The notes below the pieces were generated by a model, which was not told the DNA's origin, ran no database searches, and saw only the letters and a list, made by a program, of their open reading frames with translations. From Promethearchaeota archaeon (GTDB lineage Archaea; Asgardarchaeota; Lokiarchaeia; Sigyniarchaeales; SOKP01), in contig JAHPZA010000003.1 of assembly GCA_019058445.1 (NCBI GenBank), positions 32,001 through 96,000 on the forward strand: DNA of 64,000 bases, read 5' to 3'. The position numbers and the translations under genes are program-made. Positions 9,251 through 18,177 of the stretch are shown here, in pieces (position 1 is the first letter of the stretch; the number at the start of each line of letters is the position of its first letter).

Positions 9251-10678
9251 TCACAAGTTTGAAATTAAAGATTTTATGCGCTCTGATGTTGAAATTAATT
9301 TTTTTTTGGCAAAACTTTCATTACTCGCCTCACTAATAACTCGAATTATTGGTTCTGTATTCGATGGATGAATTAAAGCAAACCAATCTTTTCCCTGGCC
9401 AAACCTCAAATCTTGGTCAATTTGATTTACAGTTTCGCCATTTGAGATTAAATCAGTTTTCAATTGGCTTATTAGTTTATCTAAATTTTTACCCTTTGTT
9501 TTGATATATTCTCTAAAAGCATAATATTTTGGAAGTTTCGAAACTAAACTCGAAATCTTTTTATTCGTTTCTACTAAAATTTCAACAATTTTAGAGGCAG
9601 CAAATATTCCGTCTCTTGTATTGTTAAATTGTGGGATCATTACCCCACCACAGGATCCTTCCCCTCCAAAAACTATGGATGAGGAATGTTCTTTTTTTAG
9701 TAAATTTTCCATTTTTTCAGCAAGGAATCGTTCACCGACAGGTGTTCGAATAACCTGTATGTTATATTTTTCTGCGAGCGCTTCAAATGCTAATGAGGAA
9801 GCAAGATTTGTTACAAAAACAACTTTTTTATTAGTTTGACTATATTGCTTAAATATAAAATCGCTTATTATAGCTAATCCTATATCTTCTGGATAACAAG
9901 TACCATCATCGCCAATAATTGCAATCCGATCAGCATCGCAATCATGTGCAAAACCAATGTTATATCCTTCATCTACAACCAAATTGATTAAATCTTTTAG
10001 ATTTTTCTCGATGGGTTCAATTTCTCGTGGAAATTTATTATTTTTAAAATCATTATTAATTAATTTTATGTTGCAACCAATTTCTTTTAAGATTCGTGGA
10101 GTTGCATTCTTTCCAGCTCCAGCTCCTGTGTCAAGAGCAACTTTTAAACTGTTTTTGCTCTTTATTCTTTCAAAATTAAGCATAGTTTTGAGGCCTTGAA
10201 TGTACTCATCAATAGCAGTTAGTTTTTCAGTAATCTGTGGTTGAGAAGGTTCCTTTTGAAAATAATGATCAATTATGTTTTTCTGAAGAATTTTAGAAAT
10301 TTCATTAACCTCAGAATTATTTAAAAATGTTTTTTTAGAAAGTAATTTTATTCCATTCCATTCAGGAGGATTATGTGAACCTGAGACGATAATTCCGCCG
10401 AGAGCATGAAGCTTATTTTTCATATATATAATAATAGGTGTAGGACAAATTCCCAGATTAATTATGTTACAATTAGCATAAGTCAATCCATCAATTATTG
10501 CTGTTTCAAGGCTCTGACCGCTTGGTCTAGTGTCTCTTCCAAGTACAATTGTTTTGTCATCACTCTTAAGCCATAATCCATATGCTAAAGCAATCCTCTT
10601 TACTATTTCAGCATTCAAATTTTTTCCTACAATTCCGCGGATTCCACTGATCGTAAATATTAATTCTTTTTCTCCCAT
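9251..10678 (-). CDS. Phosphohexomutase (phosphoglucosamine mutase / PMM-PGM family)
   Basis: ISGIRG, GRDTRPSG, the phospho-Ser motif SGSHNP, the metal loop DCDADR, GGEGSCG, PSNTEPIIRV. Confidence 0.9.
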   Translation of the reverse strand: MGEKELIFTISGIRGIVGKNLNAEIVKRIALAYGLWLKSDDKTIVLGRDTRPSGQSLETAIIDGLTYANCNIINLGICPTPIIIYMKNKLHALGGIIVSGSHNPPEWNGIKLLSKKTFLNNSEVNEISKILQKNIIDHYFQKEPSQPQITEKLTAIDEYIQGLKTMLNFERIKSKNSLKVALDTGAGAGKNATPRILKEIGCNIKLINNDFKNNKFPREIEPIEKNLKDLINLVVDEGYNIGFAHDCDADRIAIIGDDGTCYPEDIGLAIISDFIFKQYSQTNKKVVFVTNLASSLAFEALAEKYNIQVIRTPVGERFLAEKMENLLKKEHSSSIVFGGEGSCGGVMIPQFNNTRDGIFAASKIVEILVETNKKISSLVSKLPKYYAFREYIKTKGKNLDKLISQLKTDLISNGETVNQIDQDLRFGQGKDWFALIHPSNTEPIIRVISEASNESFAKKKLISTSERIKSLISNL

Positions 10679-10789
10679 ATTATTTTTAATTTAAACTCAC
10701 TCTGATATAAAAAGTAAATTTTGGCTGTTAAAAACTTTTAATTAAAATTTTGGTTATAAAAGGAACAATATTTTATTGAAATATCTCCA

Positions 10790-12322
10790 CTAAACACCTT
10801 TATCAGGAATACAAGTTTTAATAAATAAAGGAGTTGGGGGAGAATTATCAATACTGAAAACTTCAAGTTTAACGAGATAAAATGATATGCTTTCAAGAGA
10901 ATTGTCGTTCAACCAATTGATTATTCTTGTATGTTCATTTTTAGGATTCTCACAAATCCAGATTACTTTTTTCGCATTATAATAAGCCACAGATTTGAGA
11001 ATTTTTATTAGATTTGCTTGATCCGATTCACCATATTGCGTTTCAATTATAACCTTATTCTCATATTTATCTTGTGCTAAAATATCTATAGCTAAACCTT
11101 CAGAAACTGCATCTTTTTCGATTGGTATAAGTGAAATATCTAAAGTTTTATTTATTTGCTCCATGTTTTTTTCAAGCCAAGGATTAAAATCTTTCTTAAT
11201 ATCGGGCCAGATTTTATTAACCGGAATTACAGTATAATCCCCTAAATCCGGTTCCTTTAAAATGATCTTATCCTCTTTTTTGGTTTCGGTTGCGATGGTT
11301 TTATACTCCTCAATTTTCGAGATTTCGTCTGCTTCTAAAAACCTCTTTAGTAATTGAAGGGCGATCATCCTAAAAGCGTCGTTTATATTCTCACCGGTTA
11401 AAGCGGATGTTTCTATATAAGAGATTCCTAAATCTTCTGCTAATTTTTCTCCTTCTTCAGTTGATACAGCTCTTGTATCTCGCAAATCTGTTTTATTGGC
11501 ACATAATATTAAGATAATATTAGGTTTAGTCCCTTTCTTAATTTCATCATACCATTTTTTAATATTGTTAAAGGTATCTCTTCTTGTTATATCATAAACT
11601 AACAACCCGGCTTCGGCATTTACTAAATAGGAACTACGAATTCGTTCAAATTGAGGTTGGCCAGCTAAATCCCATATAGTAAATCGAACATTCGATTTCA
11701 GGCCCTCAAATTTACACTCTTTTTTTGTTATTGAAGTCCCTATAGTTGCCTTATAATCTGTCCGAAAGATTCCCTCTACAAATCTTTGAACCATACTTGT
11801 TTTACCTACAGCGCCATCTCCTCCAAGAATTAATTTATATACATAGTTAGACCCGGCAGCCCTGATTTTCTGCAGTGTGCTTTCTTTGCGTTGAATAGTT
11901 TGGCTTTTTTTGTCTGTATAAATTTTTGGGATGACAGGGGAAACTGGACGACCATCAAAAATCCGAGCAACTTTTTCTGCGGCTATGTATGCATATGGAA
12001 ATACTGGTTCTGACATTGCTAGCCCATCTAAAATGGTAACAAGAATATGATTTGGACCTGCTTCGCAAAAAATAAATCGATATCTCGCTGTATCAAAAGT
12101 TCCTAATCCAAAAGAGGTAATAGTAGAATCCTCTACTATTCGTTTTAAAATTAATCCCATTAATCCTCTAACAAAATCTTCAATGGCTTTTACTGCTGGA
12201 TTTAATAAGAAATTAATTATGGAACCATCTCTATTTAATACAAAGACGGCAACTAGATCCTTACCAACTTCTTGTCTATACCATTTTAATAAAGCTTCAA
12301 GTCGTTCCTTATCATATGACAT
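10790..12322 (-). CDS. Fusion protein: roadblock/longin-like domain + Rab-like small GTPase + PD-(D/E)xK (NucS/DUF4268-type) nuclease-like domain
   Basis: G1 GDGAVGKT, G2 YKATIG, G3 WDLAGQ, G4 NKTD, G5 ETSA. The N-terminal AVFVLNRDG resembles roadblock domains. The C-terminal IWP..KDFNPWL...IDILAQD...IIETQ...VIWI...WLN...FYLV...SPPTPLF resembles the N-terminal nuclease domain of DUF4268 proteins. Confidence 0.8.
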   Translation of the reverse strand: MSYDKERLEALLKWYRQEVGKDLVAVFVLNRDGSIINFLLNPAVKAIEDFVRGLMGLILKRIVEDSTITSFGLGTFDTARYRFIFCEAGPNHILVTILDGLAMSEPVFPYAYIAAEKVARIFDGRPVSPVIPKIYTDKKSQTIQRKESTLQKIRAAGSNYVYKLILGGDGAVGKTSMVQRFVEGIFRTDYKATIGTSITKKECKFEGLKSNVRFTIWDLAGQPQFERIRSSYLVNAEAGLLVYDITRRDTFNNIKKWYDEIKKGTKPNIILILCANKTDLRDTRAVSTEEGEKLAEDLGISYIETSALTGENINDAFRMIALQLLKRFLEADEISKIEEYKTIATETKKEDKIILKEPDLGDYTVIPVNKIWPDIKKDFNPWLEKNMEQINKTLDISLIPIEKDAVSEGLAIDILAQDKYENKVIIETQYGESDQANLIKILKSVAYYNAKKVIWICENPKNEHTRIINWLNDNSLESISFYLVKLEVFSIDNSPPTPLFIKTCIPDKGV

Positions 12323-12527
12323 ATTTATCTTCTTGTGAACCCTTATTTTTCTTAGTAGTAAAAAAATATCTAAAATGCTAACTTACATCAATAGTTGAAA
12401 TATGCTTATTTCAATATTTCTAAAAACAAAGAAAGAGCATATCCTTTTAAAAATATAAAAACTTATAATCAATGCATATAATCTTAATGAAATACAAAGT
12501 TGAGATTTAGTAAAATGAGGTTCAATA

Positions 12528-13310
12528 ATGGATATTATTGATTTGGATGAAAAATATAAAGAAACATTCATGGTATGTTTAGAAGATTGGTCTGATGAGA
12601 TGAAAGAGGCGGGAAACCATAAACACAAATGGTATAATGAAATGAAAAATAAAGGTCTGGGAGTGAAATTAGCAGTTGAAAATGAGAAAGTAGTTGGAAT
12701 GATTCAATATTTACCTATTGAATATTCATTCGCTGAAGGACAAAACCTCTTTGTAATCTTATGCATTTGGGTACACGGATATAAAGAAGGCGTAGGCAAT
12801 TTTCAAAAAAGGGGTATTGGAAAAGCATTGCTCCAAGCTGCTGAAAATGATGTCAAATCCAAAGGTGCTAATGGAATGGTGGCATGGGGCTTATCATTAC
12901 CTTTCTGGATGAGGGCAAAATGGTTCAAAAAGCATGGATACCTTAAAGTAGATAAGCAAAAAATGCAAGTTCTTTTATGGAAACCTTTCACTAATGATGC
13001 TATGCCTCCAAAATGGATTAAACAAAAGAAAGTTCCTGAATTAGTACCAGGAAAAGTAAAAGTAACAGCTTTTATTAATGGATGGTGCCCTGCTCAAAAT
13101 ATTGTATTCGAAAGGGCAAAAAAAGCAACAAAAGAGTTTGGAGATAATGTGATATTTGAGGAAATCCATACCAATAACCGTGAACATTATTTAGAGTGGG
13201 GTATTACTGATGCATTATTTATAGACAATAAAGAAATGAGAACAGGACCTCCTCCATCTTACGAAAAAATAAAAAACCGTATATCTAAGAGAGTTAAAAG
13301 ATTATCATAA
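12528..13310 (+). CDS. GNAT acetyltransferase with a C-terminal thioredoxin-like domain
   Basis: VGMIQY, LCIWV, the acetyl-CoA motif FQKRGIGKALL, FKKHGY; C-terminal GWCP...GITDALFID...GPPP. Confidence 0.8.
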   Translation: MDIIDLDEKYKETFMVCLEDWSDEMKEAGNHKHKWYNEMKNKGLGVKLAVENEKVVGMIQYLPIEYSFAEGQNLFVILCIWVHGYKEGVGNFQKRGIGKALLQAAENDVKSKGANGMVAWGLSLPFWMRAKWFKKHGYLKVDKQKMQVLLWKPFTNDAMPPKWIKQKKVPELVPGKVKVTAFINGWCPAQNIVFERAKKATKEFGDNVIFEEIHTNNREHYLEWGITDALFIDNKEMRTGPPPSYEKIKNRISKRVKRLS

Positions 13311-13446
13311 ATCAAGTAAAAATTTATACTAATATATACCTCAAAATCTAATATAAATTGGGTATTAAAAATCATTTAGAATTTTTGAATAAACTTTATT
13401 AGAATACAAGGACAATAAACAATTATTAGTCAATAGGTGGTAAACA

Positions 13447-14229
13447 ATAATCGATTGGTCTAAAGCCCAGTCAAACCCTAAATCAAAGCAAAAGGTATTA
13501 GGAAGAGATCTGTTGGATTTACGGGCTAAAATAAATGATTTAGAAAAGAATCTCGCTCAAAAAAGAAAAGAGATAAAGGACTTAAATGATAGAATAAGAT
13601 CTGCTGCAACTGACGTAGAACTTGGCTTAAGTAAGGTAGAAGAGAGGAAAAGAAAATTTGAAATTCGAGATAAAGCATTAAATGAGAAAATTACTTTTTT
13701 AGAAAAGACAATATTAAACAGGAATAAAGAAATAGAGATTCTTAAAGTGGATATAGAACAGAGAAATCGTCAAATTAGTAATCTTAAAAAATTAGAAGAT
13801 CAAATCGTAGAAAAAGACAAGGATATCAATCATTTAAAACAAATCATTGAACAAATGAATAGACAAAAAGATATTGATAAAAAAGATTTTACTCAACAAC
13901 TTTTAAACAAGGATTTAGAAGTTGAAAAGAGTAATGAAATCTTAAAACAAATCAAAAAACAACTGGAAACTAACGAAAACTTAATCCATCGAAAAGATGT
14001 AGAAATCGAGAAGCTTGAAATTGAATTTGAGAATAAAGCTAAACAAATAAACGAGATTACTCAAAAATTTAGGGATCTCGAATCGAAAATATCTGATGAG
14101 ATTCAATTATCTTCCAAACTCATCAAAAAAATTGAGAAGTTAATGCATCTTAAAGGATTTGTGAGCGACAAAGAACTTGAGGATCTAAAAGAAAAAATAG
14201 AAAAAAACCAATTCTCTATCAATTATTAA
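13447..14229 (+). CDS. Coiled-coil protein, paralog 1 of 3 (conserved IDW head, KGFxxD tail); probable ATA start
   Basis: The ORF track starts at TTG 13513. The frame is open back to 13444 and encodes the IDWSKAQSNPKSKQKVLGRDLLDLR head shared with the paralogs. GGTGG at 13436-13440 precedes ATA 13447. Confidence 0.75.
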   Translation: MIDWSKAQSNPKSKQKVLGRDLLDLRAKINDLEKNLAQKRKEIKDLNDRIRSAATDVELGLSKVEERKRKFEIRDKALNEKITFLEKTILNRNKEIEILKVDIEQRNRQISNLKKLEDQIVEKDKDINHLKQIIEQMNRQKDIDKKDFTQQLLNKDLEVEKSNEILKQIKKQLETNENLIHRKDVEIEKLEIEFENKAKQINEITQKFRDLESKISDEIQLSSKLIKKIEKLMHLKGFVSDKELEDLKEKIEKNQFSINY

Positions 14230-14385
14230 TCTATTGGGCACTGCTAAACTAAAATTATTGTATGCTTTTTCAGAGGAGAAAGAGGCGCAAGACTTCATTT
14301 TTTTGTGTGTAAAAATGTTAAGAAAGCGTAGTTAGAAGTAAAATTTTTATACGAACGTAAAAATTTCTAGTATATTAGAACAGAT

Positions 14386-14400
14386 ATATTTATAAAATTA
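14386..14400 (+). promoter_or_regulatory. TATA element ATATTTATAAAATTA upstream of coiled-coil paralog 2
   Basis: An identical 15-mer lies upstream of paralog 3 (15472-15486) at a similar distance (~70 bp) from the start. Confidence 0.55.
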
Positions 14401-14473
14401 ATGTGATAACCTAATAACAAGGGTTTATATTTATATTAATTTTTAGAGGAATACCTTAAGGAGATTATAGAGT

Positions 14474-15349
14474 ATGAGAATAGATTGGGAATTAGCAACT
14501 GTAAAGCCTAATAGAAGGCAAAAAATTGAAGGGAAATATCTTTTAGATCTAAGAACTAAAATACATGATTTAGAACATGAATTATCTCAAAGTAATAAAG
14601 AAATAGAACAAGCCAAAGAAAAGTTAACAATTACCGAACAAAGTTTTAACCAACTTACAGAAAAATTCATAGCTTCTGAGAAAAATATGGATGAGATTAT
14701 ATCAGATCTTAAAAAGAAATTGCGAATGGCTGAGACGAAATTTACGGAAAAAAATGACCGAGTTGATGTATCCTTGGACAGAATTACAGAGCTGGAACAA
14801 AAAATCTTAAATAAAGATAATGAATTAATGAGAGTAAAATTTAATTTAGAAAAGACAAATAAAGAAATCGAGAAATTGAGAAATCATTTCAGTCAAAATT
14901 CTACGGGGAAAGAAAGTCAAATTGAAGAACTGAGGTCTGATTTAGAAACAACCCGAAGAGAAGTTAATTTATTAAAACAGGAACTGGAGCAGTCTGTGTC
15001 GACAAAAAGTCTTGATGTAAACCGTTTTAAAACTGAATTAGAACAAAGGAACAACCAAATTGAACAACAAAACAAACAAATTGAAATCAATAAAAAGGAT
15101 TTAGATCACACAATTTTAACTAAGGATAGTATAATAGCTAAACTTGAAAAAGATCTTGAAGATAAAATTAATCAAATTGAAGACTTAAATAACAACATAA
15201 ATGAACTGTATAGTCAAATATCGAATGTTAAAGATACTGGATTAACCATCACAAATGTACCTAATGAAAGCAGTGTTTTGAAGAGAATTAAAGAATTAAT
15301 GGACCTGAAAGGTTTTGTCACTGATAAAGAGCTTGAACAGCTTATGTAA
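14474..15349 (+). CDS. Coiled-coil protein, paralog 2 of 3
   Basis: Head MRIDWELATVKPNRRQKIEGKYLLDLRTKIHDLE, a long E/K/Q-rich heptad rod, and tail IKELMDLKGFVTDKELEQL. Confidence 0.85.
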   Translation: MRIDWELATVKPNRRQKIEGKYLLDLRTKIHDLEHELSQSNKEIEQAKEKLTITEQSFNQLTEKFIASEKNMDEIISDLKKKLRMAETKFTEKNDRVDVSLDRITELEQKILNKDNELMRVKFNLEKTNKEIEKLRNHFSQNSTGKESQIEELRSDLETTRREVNLLKQELEQSVSTKSLDVNRFKTELEQRNNQIEQQNKQIEINKKDLDHTILTKDSIIAKLEKDLEDKINQIEDLNNNINELYSQISNVKDTGLTITNVPNESSVLKRIKELMDLKGFVTDKELEQLM

Positions 15350-15471
15350 GTTCCACTTAACCTTTTTTTCTAAATTCAGAAACTTTAAACATTTAAACTA
15401 GTTCTATACACAAATCAAACTTTGTTTTTATGAAATGGAAAGTTTCTTAAAATGTTAGGAAATTTAGAGAA

Positions 15472-15486
15472 ATATTTATAAAATTA
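15472..15486 (+). promoter_or_regulatory. TATA element ATATTTATAAAATTA upstream of coiled-coil paralog 3
   Basis: Identical to 14386-14400. Confidence 0.55.
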
Positions 15487-15554
15487 GTAATAGATATACT
15501 CATTATCAACAAATATGGATTTTTAAAAGTCTGAGAATTCTTAAGTGATATATT

Positions 15555-16262
15555 TTGAGTATTGATTGGTCGAAATTAGAGTCCAAACCTGAAATGAAAA
15601 TAAAGGTTGATGGGCAAATTTTATTAGATCTTAAAGCCAAAATTCACGATTTAGAACTGGAATTGATCCAACATAAAGAAGATCTAGAAACAACAAAAGA
15701 AATATTAAGCGAAAAAGAAACCTTAATAAAAAGTTTAACCGATAAATTATCATCTACGGAAAATGAGCTGAATGACTCTGAGAAAAAAATTCAGAGTGAT
15801 GCGGAAGAAATAAACTCATTAACAAACCAAAATGCTGAATTGACGGATCAGTTGGTAAAAATTAAAGAAGAATTATCTGATAAAATGAAGGAATTAGAAA
15901 CTCTAAAGAATGAAGTTGTAAGAGATGTTACTCAGAGAGACAATGAAGTAGAAAATCTAAAAAACATTACTATCCAAAAAAATAGAGAGATAGAAAGATT
16001 CAAAATCGATTTGGAGCAAAAAAATAAAGAGATTGAAGATTTAAGAGAGATTATCACACAAAAGGAGAAAGAAATTTCTAATCTTAATGGAGAATTAGAG
16101 ACAAAATTAAAGCTAATCGATGAGTTCAAAAATAAGATTAAATTGTTGGAAGTAACTATTTCAGAGGGGCAATCATCTCAATATATTGTTGATGAAATCA
16201 AAAGTATTATGCAGCAAAAAGGCTTTTTGTCTGACCGAGAATTTGAAAACCTAATTAAATAA
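15555..16262 (+). CDS. Coiled-coil protein, paralog 3 of 3
   Basis: Head MSIDWSKLESKPEMKIKVDGQILLDLKAKIHDLE, a heptad rod, and tail IKSIMQQKGFLSDREFENL. Confidence 0.85.
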   Translation: MSIDWSKLESKPEMKIKVDGQILLDLKAKIHDLELELIQHKEDLETTKEILSEKETLIKSLTDKLSSTENELNDSEKKIQSDAEEINSLTNQNAELTDQLVKIKEELSDKMKELETLKNEVVRDVTQRDNEVENLKNITIQKNREIERFKIDLEQKNKEIEDLREIITQKEKEISNLNGELETKLKLIDEFKNKIKLLEVTISEGQSSQYIVDEIKSIMQQKGFLSDREFENLIK

Positions 16263-16420
16263 GTTGAATGGAACAGTTTACATTATAAAAAATTAATACT
16301 ATGAAATTTTATCATCAAAATTCCAAATTTTCACAAAAGCAATTAAAAATAAATAGTAATTAGAATTAAAACTAATTTGATAAAAATCAAAAAACTCTAT
16401 ACTCAAGCAAATTCGATTAA

Positions 16421-17026
16421 TTAGAGAATTTTATCATAGTGAAAATTATAATGAGTCAAGACTGTTCTAACCAATTCTTTAAAGCTAAGTTCGATATTAT
16501 AATTTGTTTTTGAAGACGTTTTTATAAAGCTACTTTCATTGTGTCTTTTGAGAAATCGGTCAATAACTAAATCATCTATAAGGGTGCCGGCATCTGGAGT
16601 ATTTGTTAAATCACTTTTGGTACCAATAACAAATCTAGGGGTATTTTGATGGTTGTATTGAACAAGCTTATCATACCACCAATCCAACATAAGTAATGTC
16701 TGAATATTTACTAAACTAAAGACTAAGAAAATACCATTTGCACCACTAAGATAATAAAGAAAGAATTTTCTAAATTGTTCTTGACCACCAAAATCCCACA
16801 ATGAGAGTCTAATAAATTTTTCCTCTCCATCAATTAATATAGCCAAATCGTGTGTATAAAAATCAACTCCAATCGTCAATTGGGTGCTAGCTTCAAACGT
16901 ATTATAACATAACCTTCTACAAATGCAGGTTTTACCCACTCCCCCCTGACCTAAGATGCATATTTTTATGATATAATGGGGTTTAATCTCATTAGCATTG
17001 CTAATTATTGGCATAAATGAATACAA
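16421..17026 (-). CDS. Rab/Roc-like small GTPase
   Basis: GQGGVGKT, LTIGVDF, WDFGGQEQF, G4 variant GTKSD, KTSSK. The true start may be ATG 17014. Confidence 0.9.
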   Translation of the reverse strand: MYSFMPIISNANEIKPHYIIKICILGQGGVGKTCICRRLCYNTFEASTQLTIGVDFYTHDLAILIDGEEKFIRLSLWDFGGQEQFRKFFLYYLSGANGIFLVFSLVNIQTLLMLDWWYDKLVQYNHQNTPRFVIGTKSDLTNTPDAGTLIDDLVIDRFLKRHNESSFIKTSSKTNYNIELSFKELVRTVLTHYNFHYDKIL

Positions 17027-17243
17027 TACCTCAAAGTGACTTTATTATCTTTAGTCCTATATATAGGGCTTTAAATTCTATTCTTATCTTCAAGAAATTT
17101 TTGCTTAAAACATGACTTTTTGAACTATACATCTAATAAAAAAATTTATTAATAAGTTTAATTTTTTAAAAAAAGATTAAAGAATTTATAAAATAATTAA
17201 GAGAAGGATCAGACGTTTTTTGGATTTTTACTATTTATTATCG

Positions 17244-17963
17244 TTAAATTCCGCATTTTTTCAAAACTTCTGGAAGATTTTGAAGTGTCCCATTATCGCT
17301 AATAATCCCTCCGTAATTTTCAACAATTTCTTTTGTAATTGGTGTATCTTTTATCTTTAGTGTATAATTCCTTGCATTGTTAAGGGACTTTAAATTACAA
17401 ACTTTGGTTCTATTAAGTCCAAGCATCTCCAAATTTTTCGGTCCATTTATCTTAGGCACTTCGATAAGTGGGCAGTCATGAAGGTGGAGTTCTAATAAAT
17501 TTTCTAATGTTTCTAATCCAATCACTTTTGTAAGGTGATTACCTGAAAGAATTAAGGTTTTTAAATTTACAAGATTTTCAAGTCCCTTAATTTCATCAAT
17601 TTCATTATAGCATAGATTTAGATATTCTAAATTTGTAAGATTTTCAAGCCCTTTAATACTAAGGATTTTATTTGAATGCAAGTCTATAGATTTAAGATTT
17701 TTAAGCTTATCAAGGCCTTCAATTTGAACTATATAATTATGGGAAAGATCTAAGTTCTCGAGATTTATAAGGGATTCTAAGCCTTTAATATCAAAAATCT
17801 CATTTTGGGACAGTTCTAAACTTTTCAAATCCTTTAAGTTCTCAAGGCCTTCTATTTCTGTAATTTCTTCAATAGATTTTAGCCATAAATCTAGTACACC
17901 ATTTTCTACCGAAAATTTTCTTCCCCCATATACTACATAATCTTTAATATTATTCAATTCCAT
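17244..17963 (-). CDS. Leucine-rich repeat protein (SDS22-like 22-residue repeats)
   Basis: About 7 repeats of GLExLxNLxxLxLSxNxIxxIx. Confidence 0.92.
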   Translation of the reverse strand: MELNNIKDYVVYGGRKFSVENGVLDLWLKSIEEITEIEGLENLKDLKSLELSQNEIFDIKGLESLINLENLDLSHNYIVQIEGLDKLKNLKSIDLHSNKILSIKGLENLTNLEYLNLCYNEIDEIKGLENLVNLKTLILSGNHLTKVIGLETLENLLELHLHDCPLIEVPKINGPKNLEMLGLNRTKVCNLKSLNNARNYTLKIKDTPITKEIVENYGGIISDNGTLQNLPEVLKKCGI

Positions 17964-18177
17964 TTGCTAACTATTGAATTATATTTTCTGATATTTAAAA
18001 CTGTTTATTTTATCCAATTTATTTTAAGTTTTTATTGATTTAGTAAAAAGCGATTGAAATTTCAAATTTTCTTGGACATAAAGATTTATATCAATAGAAA
18101 AAAAATAGAATAATTATATCATTTTTTACAAAAATAAATGAAATTTTATTTAAAATTACAAACTTAAAGGAAAAATA

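Noticed and set aside
13570-13605. KEIKDLNDRIR in coiled-coil paralog 1 resembles the intermediate-filament coil 1A LNDR motif
   Set aside because: It is absent from the two paralogs and there is no YRKLLEGE-like end motif. Chance occurrence in a coiled coil is likely, so IF homology is not claimed.
14230-14340. GC-richer intergenic patch as a possible structured RNA or SECIS
   Set aside because: I could not identify a convincing stem or an associated in-frame UGA selenoprotein by eye.
13447-16262. Coiled-coil trio as SMC/Rad50 fragments or as chemoreceptors
   Set aside because: No Walker motifs, hinge or zinc hook, and no MCP hairpin signature.
17244-17963. 66-bp periodic DNA similarity suggesting a repeat array or CRISPR
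   Set aside because: It is explained by the 22-aa LRR coding repeats; there are no identical repeats with unique spacers.
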